NCBI GenBank assembly: GCA_023379025.1
Contig: JAMCTH010000009.1
Span: 5,092-69,091 of the forward strand
Length of the DNA: 64,000 bases
Direction: 5' to 3'
DNA from: Patescibacteria group bacterium
GTDB taxonomy: Bacteria > Patescibacteriota > Microgenomatia > UBA10105 > UBA927
Shown here: piece by piece, positions 58,392-64,000 of the stretch
Layout of the letters: each line of letters opens with the position of its first letter
How positions within the stretch are numbered: position 1 is the first letter of the stretch
Notes under the pieces: model-generated
Seen by the model: the letters and a program-made list of their open reading frames with translations, nothing else
Databases searched by the model: none
What the model was told of the DNA's origin: nothing
Position numbers and translations under genes: made by a program

Positions 58392-58602
58392 ATGATGGTA
58401 TTCTACCGTGACTCCCCGAAAAACGAAAATGATCTCTTTTCATTCGTCTTCCCGGGCACTATGATGAAAACATATCTCGGCATGCCGGGAATGTTGATAT
58501 TGGAGATACGTCAGCCGTACCCATCCGAAAGCGACAATCATCCGAATCACAAGAATTCCTGCCGGTCTTCAACCTTATATCATCCCGCGCACGCATCGTC
58601 TT

Positions 58603-60453
58603 ATGACACATCCATCGGTTGTTCGTCCGGGAAGCGGTATCCGCGGCCTTGGAACAAGTTTTGATGAAAACGGGGTGTTTCTTTATCTCGACACACAACA
58701 AGAACAAAACGCCATCCTTCTCTCCTACGCGGCAAACGGCATGGATTTCCGGCCGGTCTCCGATAACGTGCACATCACCGGTAACGACGGACAACCCGTA
58801 TCAGCCGCATTTCTTGAAGAATTCCGGATCGCATGCCTGAAAAAAAACGACTCCCTCCTCTCATACCGGGATAAACGGGAAAACGGCGTTTTCCTAGCCC
58901 GTTCGCGCGACCGAATCAACTGGAGAACGTTTACCCGGGTGCCCTACGCTGATACTCCTTTCCTCCTTGTGCCGCAATCAGGACTCCGACGCGGACACAT
59001 CGCCTACGCCGGCAACACCGTCATCCATGCTCTCCGGTCCGGCAGTCTCAGGAGCTGGGAACGGGGTCTGCAGATCATCCCGCCAAGCGGATCCGTCCCG
59101 GACCCGCATACTACATACCGGGCCGGCATGACTATGCCAACGGATGATGGTATTGCATTTTTTTACTTCAGCGGCCATGACGGAAAAGACGGGATCCGTT
59201 GGGCGGTCAGGGTAGTCTATGCGGACAAGTACGATCCGGAAAATCTGGTCTGGCGCTCAGGCAATGCCGTCTGGGAGGAAACGGACGAGTGGATACAAAG
59301 AAATATGGCGCCGGTAGGGGTAGCACGTTCGGAAGGACGTCTGGTAAGTTACTGGAATGTACCGGGTGCCGGCATCCATGCAATCACCCATACACCGGTT
59401 ACTCATATATCTGACGAACGCCGTCACATGAGTCCCAATATACTCCGCCGCGTCCTCGAGAACCCGATACTCAAACCGTTAGCCCGGCACCGGTGGGCAT
59501 CGCGGGCCACCTTCAACCCGACCGCGGTCTTTGACCGGGGGACGATTCACCTTATCTACCGCGCCATCGGCGATCAGGATATCTCCGTTTTGGGCTATGC
59601 CACTACCCGGGACGGCACACATATAGATGAACGTCTGGATGAGCCGATATACATTCCGCAGGAGCCCTTTGAGCTCACGCGGTCCGACGCCCCCTGCCCG
59701 GGCCTGTATGCGTCGGGCGGAGGGTACGGCGGCTGCGAAGATCCGAGGATCACAAAAATCGGGGACCGGTTCTATCTCACCTATGTGGCGTATAACGGTG
59801 CAGATCCGCCGCGGGTTGCTTTTACCTCAATCGATGCGACGGACTTCAGGAACCGGCGGTGGCGCTGGGAAAAAGCCGTCCTTATTTCCCGGCCGGGAGT
59901 TGTCGATAAAAATGCGGTGCTGTTTCCGGAAAAAATCAATGATTCCTATGTATTTCTCCACCGGATATTTCCGGATATGCTCCTTGATTATGTCCCGTCG
60001 CTTTCGTTTGACGGAACCGTGTGGCTCAGAGATGCCGACCGAATCCGGCCAAGAATATTTTCCTGGGATTCAAGAAAAATCGGTGCCGGACCTCCCCCTA
60101 TCAAAACGCCGTACGGATGGCTCCTTATCTATCATGCGGTCGGCGACCACGATCCCTCCCGGTACAAAATCGGGGCCATGCTCCTTTCGCTCGATGATCC
60201 TTCACGGGTACTATGCCGTTCCCGCATGCCCATCCTTGCGCCGGACCTGCCGTATGAAAACGAAGGGCATAAAGCGGGTGTCGTCTATCCGTGCGGCGCT
60301 GTCGTGCACGGCAATGATCTCATCATCTACTACGGCGGCGCGGATACCGTCATCTGTGCGGCAAAAACACCGCTTAGATCGTTTCTTGAAAACCTGAAAG
60401 AGGAAGGGTCTCTCGAACAGAACGCAGTCCGTATGCAATCCTACCGCTTATGA
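58603..60453 (+). CDS. two-domain protein: N-terminal beta-rich domain of unknown function + C-terminal GH130-family (PF04041/DUF377) glycosidase/phosphorylase-like domain
   Basis: C-terminal half: ENPILKP...FNPTAV...IHLIYRA...GCEDPRITKIGDRFYLTYVAYNG...DKNAVLFPEKI...KIGAGPPPIKTPYGWLLIYHAVG...VVYPCGAVVHGNDLIIYYGGADT. Confidence 0.65.
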   Translation: MTHPSVVRPGSGIRGLGTSFDENGVFLYLDTQQEQNAILLSYAANGMDFRPVSDNVHITGNDGQPVSAAFLEEFRIACLKKNDSLLSYRDKRENGVFLARSRDRINWRTFTRVPYADTPFLLVPQSGLRRGHIAYAGNTVIHALRSGSLRSWERGLQIIPPSGSVPDPHTTYRAGMTMPTDDGIAFFYFSGHDGKDGIRWAVRVVYADKYDPENLVWRSGNAVWEETDEWIQRNMAPVGVARSEGRLVSYWNVPGAGIHAITHTPVTHISDERRHMSPNILRRVLENPILKPLARHRWASRATFNPTAVFDRGTIHLIYRAIGDQDISVLGYATTRDGTHIDERLDEPIYIPQEPFELTRSDAPCPGLYASGGGYGGCEDPRITKIGDRFYLTYVAYNGADPPRVAFTSIDATDFRNRRWRWEKAVLISRPGVVDKNAVLFPEKINDSYVFLHRIFPDMLLDYVPSLSFDGTVWLRDADRIRPRIFSWDSRKIGAGPPPIKTPYGWLLIYHAVGDHDPSRYKIGAMLLSLDDPSRVLCRSRMPILAPDLPYENEGHKAGVVYPCGAVVHGNDLIIYYGGADTVICAAKTPLRSFLENLKEEGSLEQNAVRMQSYRL

Positions 60454-62369
60454 TTACCGTCAACCGCTGCCGCGATAACCCTATTCTGTCCCCGATGAGC
60501 GCTCATCCGTGGGAAGCCAAAGCCGCATTTAACGGCTGCGTTATAAAATCGGATGACATCTACCGGATGGTATACCGTGCACTCTCATCTCCCCAGACTA
60601 TTGCCGGGAGTGAACTTCCGCTTTCTACCGTGGGGTACACAGACGGTCCGGATGGCATTCATTTCGAAAATCGAAGACAACTCATCACTCCGGAATTTGA
60701 ATGGGAGCGATACGGCTGTGAAGATCCGAGAGTAACAAAAATAGCTGATACATACCATATATTTTATACCGCTCTTTCTGCGTTTCCCTTTAGTCCGAAT
60801 GGCATCAGAATCGGGGTCGCGCTCACCCAAGATTTCCATACCATTATTGCTAAGCATCCGGTCACACCCTTTAACGCAAAGGCTATGGCGCTCTTTCCCG
60901 AAAAAATTCATGGTAACTATACCGCCATCCTGACGGTTGATACTGACCTGCCTCCGGCGAAAATATGCATCGCGTCTGCCAAAAGCTTATCGGACTTCTG
61001 GGATGCAACATATTGGGACAGATGGCACGAAGAACTGGACACCCACACGCTCCCGCTGTTGCGCTCTACCAGAGACCATCTGGAAGTGGGAGCGCCCCCC
61101 ATTAAAACATCGGAAGGATGGCTTATCATCTACTGTTACATACGCCACTATCAAAGCTCGGCACGGACGTTCGGTATTGAAGCTGTCCTTTTGGATACTG
61201 AGAACCCCATGAAAATTATCGGGAGGACCTCGACTCCCGTGATGGTTCCGCAAAAATCCTATGAACTCCAGGGCAATGTACCAAACGTTATTTTCCCAAC
61301 AGGAGCGCTCCTTAATGCTGACGGTCATACGCTTGCTGTTTATTACGGCGCTACTGATACAACCTGTTGTCGGGCCACAGTGCCGTTGGGAGAGCTTATG
61401 ACCGAACTTACACTGCATTCCGATATGCCGGTCAAAACCGGAATATATAACGTGCTGAAATTTGAACGGTCGCGGGAAAATCCGATTATTTCTCCGGTTG
61501 CCGCACATCCGTGGGAGTCAAAAACAACATTAAATCCTGCAGCAGTCTACAAACAGGGTGCAGTGCACATCCTCTATCGCGCCCAAGGGGCCGATGACCG
61601 ATCGGTTCTTGGTTATGCGACGGCAACAGACGGCATCCATATAGACACACGCTTACCGGAACCCGTGTACAGACCCCGGAATTCATTTGAAGCGATGGGT
61701 TGTGAAGACCCGAGACTCATGTTTCTCGAAAACAGACTGTATATGTGCTATACCGCCTATGATGCAAAAAATCCGACCCGTGTTGCTCTCACTTCCATTT
61801 CGGAAGAGGATTTCCTGAGTAGAAACTGGGTCTGGGACCGGCCGATACTTATCTCACCACCCGGTACGGATGACAAAAACGCGTGTCTCTTTCCGGAAAA
61901 GATAAACGGCAGGTATGTTTTTCTCCACCGGATTGCCCCCTGTATCTGGATCGATTTTATGGACAGTCTGAGATTCGGAAAAGGCATATGGCTCAAAGGA
62001 ACAATTCTTATGGATCCGAGAACCGATTGGTGGGACAGCGAAAAAATCGGTATCGCGTCTCCCCCGATCAAAACTCCCGACGGCTGGCTCCTCCTCTACC
62101 ACGGGCTTTCTAAAATTGACAGAAAATACCGTATCGGAGCCGCACTTCTCCATAAGGAACATCCTGATCACGTGATCGGCAGACTCCGGGAGCCGATCCT
62201 CGAACCGCAGGCCAAATATGAGACGCGCGGGCTCCGGCCCGGTACGGTCTTTGGATGCGGCGCCGTCGTCATAAACGGCATCATCTTCTTCTATTACGGG
62301 GGTGCGGATCAGTGTGTTGCCGTTGCGACGATAAATCTGAAACACCTCGTCACCGCCCTCAAATCCTGA
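60450..62369 (+). CDS. tandem double GH130-family (PF04041) domain protein
   Basis: Two complete copies of the same motif set (DNPILSP...CEDPRVTKIADTYHIFYTA...APPIKTSEGWLIIY... and ENPIISP...CEDPRLMFLENRLYMCYTAY...ASPPIKTPDGWLLLYHG...YYGGADQ). 4-nt overlap with the upstream gene. Confidence 0.7.
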   Translation: MITVNRCRDNPILSPMSAHPWEAKAAFNGCVIKSDDIYRMVYRALSSPQTIAGSELPLSTVGYTDGPDGIHFENRRQLITPEFEWERYGCEDPRVTKIADTYHIFYTALSAFPFSPNGIRIGVALTQDFHTIIAKHPVTPFNAKAMALFPEKIHGNYTAILTVDTDLPPAKICIASAKSLSDFWDATYWDRWHEELDTHTLPLLRSTRDHLEVGAPPIKTSEGWLIIYCYIRHYQSSARTFGIEAVLLDTENPMKIIGRTSTPVMVPQKSYELQGNVPNVIFPTGALLNADGHTLAVYYGATDTTCCRATVPLGELMTELTLHSDMPVKTGIYNVLKFERSRENPIISPVAAHPWESKTTLNPAAVYKQGAVHILYRAQGADDRSVLGYATATDGIHIDTRLPEPVYRPRNSFEAMGCEDPRLMFLENRLYMCYTAYDAKNPTRVALTSISEEDFLSRNWVWDRPILISPPGTDDKNACLFPEKINGRYVFLHRIAPCIWIDFMDSLRFGKGIWLKGTILMDPRTDWWDSEKIGIASPPIKTPDGWLLLYHGLSKIDRKYRIGAALLHKEHPDHVIGRLREPILEPQAKYETRGLRPGTVFGCGAVVINGIIFFYYGGADQCVAVATINLKHLVTALKS

Positions 62370-62420
62370 AGATTTATTTCTTCGTTTCTTTCGTGGCTGT
62401 TTCGGATACCGGCAGGAGTT

Positions 62421-63520
62421 TTAGGACGGTAAATGCCGGGCACCGTCAGGAGTTTGTATGGCGGCAAGAATATCGGCGTTTTTCGGAAGCCGGCAGTCAT
62501 TTTTATCAACATAGACCGTATTCATTTCCGTGCGCGCTATCTGCTCGGGGTTTCCCTCCATGGGACAGGGATTTGTCGTATAGACGATGTTTAAAAAATG
62601 CAATCCGTCATGTTCTTTGGGCGATCCCATAGCCTGAAACCGGGAAGGGGGAAACGCCGTATAGAACAGATAGTGGATGAGGTTGTTATTGCGTTCCGTA
62701 GTCATCACCACTTTCGGATAGTGGGCCCTCAGTTTCTCGACGGTGGCAACGAGCTCCGGTTCCGCCGCCGAACGGTACCACGGCTCATGGATCCTGCCGT
62801 GATAGAAATAATTATGCAGAAAGGAAAGAACATTCTGTACGAGAATTGCGCAAATAATGACGGTCACGGCGGGCTTCCAGTTCTTCCGTACGAGGTCCAT
62901 TGCTTCCAGCAACCCTATGCCAGACATGATTGCAAGGGGATAAAGCATGAAGGATGCGCGTTCGACGTTCGGAAGGTCTTCCCACGTCAGGCCTGCAGGT
63001 ACTGCAGCCAGGAGAAGCCAGGTGACCGGAATAAGACAGCGGTACGTTCTTTTCTTTATGCCGTCAACCAAGAGTACCGCAAAGCCGAAAACGATAAACG
63101 GCGCCTCCACCGCATACAGGTTTCCGTTGTTGATAAACAGAAACTGCCCATCAAAATGTTCAAAGTACGAGCTTATGAACAGTCTGCCGTAGAAATCGAG
63201 CTTATTATGGAAAAAGCGTGTTATTAAGGAATTTTGGGTTCCGTCCTCATCCTGCTGCTGCTTAAGGTCCCGCGTCCCTCCCGGTACATTCAGGATGCTG
63301 AGCCTGCGGGCCGCCAGTCTCCGAACTGGTCAATGGCAAGAGGCAGGAAATTTCCGTTCTGATCACGGCCGGTTTTGAGGAGTGAATATGCATTGTAACC
63401 GATACTCACTTCGTCTCCGTGGAGGCCGACCGGCATGCCGGCCAGATTGAAGAATCTGACGGCAAGCCCTGCCAGAATGATGCAGCCAAGAATGATCTGC
63501 GTCCGCAAACGCGCATTCAT
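62421..63520 (-). pseudogene. GT-C (ArnT/PMT-like) glycosyltransferase, disrupted (N-terminal 76-aa ORF 63290-63520 and C-terminal 229-aa ORF 62421-63110 in different frames)
   Basis: N-terminal piece LHGDEVSIGYNAYSLLKTGRDQNGNFLPL is the GT-C first-loop DE motif. The downstream piece is TM-rich plus a soluble C-terminal domain. The two pieces are in different frames, with a stop at 63290 and a ~180-nt gap between them. Confidence 0.4.
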
Positions 63521-63586
63521 CGTATTACTCCTTTTCCACTATACCACAGAGCGACCGGGGTAACCCGGTTCCGGCGGGAACAAAGC

Positions 63587-64000
63587 CTAGATACGGGGGA
63601 AGATATACCGGGCAACACCGAGTTTTTCCAGAACTTCTGCGGTCCACGGGGTCAGTCCTCCATACCACCCCAATACCATGGAAATTCCCACCAGTATGAG
63701 GAGAAGTCCCGCTATCATGTTAAGACCCGCGATATGCCCCCGGAGCCTTCGGAGAAACGGGTAGGAACTGCCGAAGGTAAGCGCTACCGCGACAAACGGT
63801 ACGGCGATGCCCGCCGCGTAGACAAGAAGGAGCATCATGCCGCCCGCCCCGTTTCCCGTGGTGGCGGCAAGGGTCAGGATCGCCCCGAGGGTCGGGCCGA
63901 CACACGGAGACCAGGTCAGCGCGAAAACGACACCGAGGAAAAACGGATTTACCAGCCGGAGCCGGTAGACCGCTCCCGGCATTTCAAGACGGAATCCCAC
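63587..64000 (-). CDS. CcdA/DsbD-family thiol:disulfide interchange membrane protein (cytochrome c biogenesis), 5'-partial (runs off window)
   Basis: TWSPCVGPTLGAIL (first redox Cys in SPCxGP context), multi-TM. Open to the window edge. Confidence 0.6.
   Translation of the reverse strand: MGFRLEMPGAVYRLRLVNPFFLGVVFALTWSPCVGPTLGAILTLAATTGNGAGGMMLLLVYAAGIAVPFVAVALTFGSSYPFLRRLRGHIAGLNMIAGLLLILVGISMVLGWYGGLTPWTAEVLEKLGVARYIFPRI

Overview
This 64 kb window looks like a densely coding bacterial chromosomal segment of about 57% GC. Small, single-domain housekeeping proteins and a lack of biosynthetic genes suggest a reduced, Patescibacteria (CPR)-like genome; this is inference only. I support about 60 protein genes and found no rRNA, tRNA, CRISPR array or obvious transposon.

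The genes fall into these groups:
- Cell envelope: MurJ, an LCP (LytR-CpsA-Psr) protein, two tandem FemAB-family genes, VanW, two tandem paralogous class A PBPs, and a PP2C phosphatase.
- Surface/pilus-like operon (3.2-9.1 kb): PilN-like, PilO-like, a small membrane ORF, an FN3-like protein ending in an IPTTG+TM sorting-like signal, an 807-aa protein built from two novel cysteine-rich repeat families, and a Thr/Pro-repeat protein carrying a perfect 2 x 48 bp tandem DNA repeat and an IPVSG+hydrophobic tail.
- Putative DNA-recombination operon (minus strand): RmuC, a serine hydrolase fused to an unknown domain, and a UvrD-type helicase fused to a Cas4/AddB-type PD-(D/E)XK Fe-S nuclease. A separate PcrA/UvrD helicase is also present.
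- Translation and housekeeping: TpiA, minimal MetRS, TatD, ValRS, TsaD, S20, a GroES-GroEL pair with a CIRCE-like operator, an RRM RNA-binding protein, and HxlR and Crp regulators.
- Polyprenyl-phosphate-linked glycan cluster: GT2, a QxxRW membrane GT2, GT-C, a WecA/MraY-family transferase, and a UbiA-family decaprenyl-phosphate phosphoribosyltransferase-like gene.
- Three GH130-like domains spread over two tandem genes.
- A HoxN/NixA nickel transporter.
- Possible pseudogenes: a GT-C gene and an alpha/beta hydrolase.

The most unusual signals are:
- the Cys-rich repeat surface protein and its operon partners with LPXTG-like tails;
- four in-frame CAATG-rich repeat insertions inside tsaD;
- a low-GC island (about 20.75-22.6 kb) preceded by a four-segment attenuator-like RNA structure whose 8-codon leader ORF is half methionine, upstream of an operon ending in metG;
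- the rmuC-hydrolase-helicase/nuclease operon.
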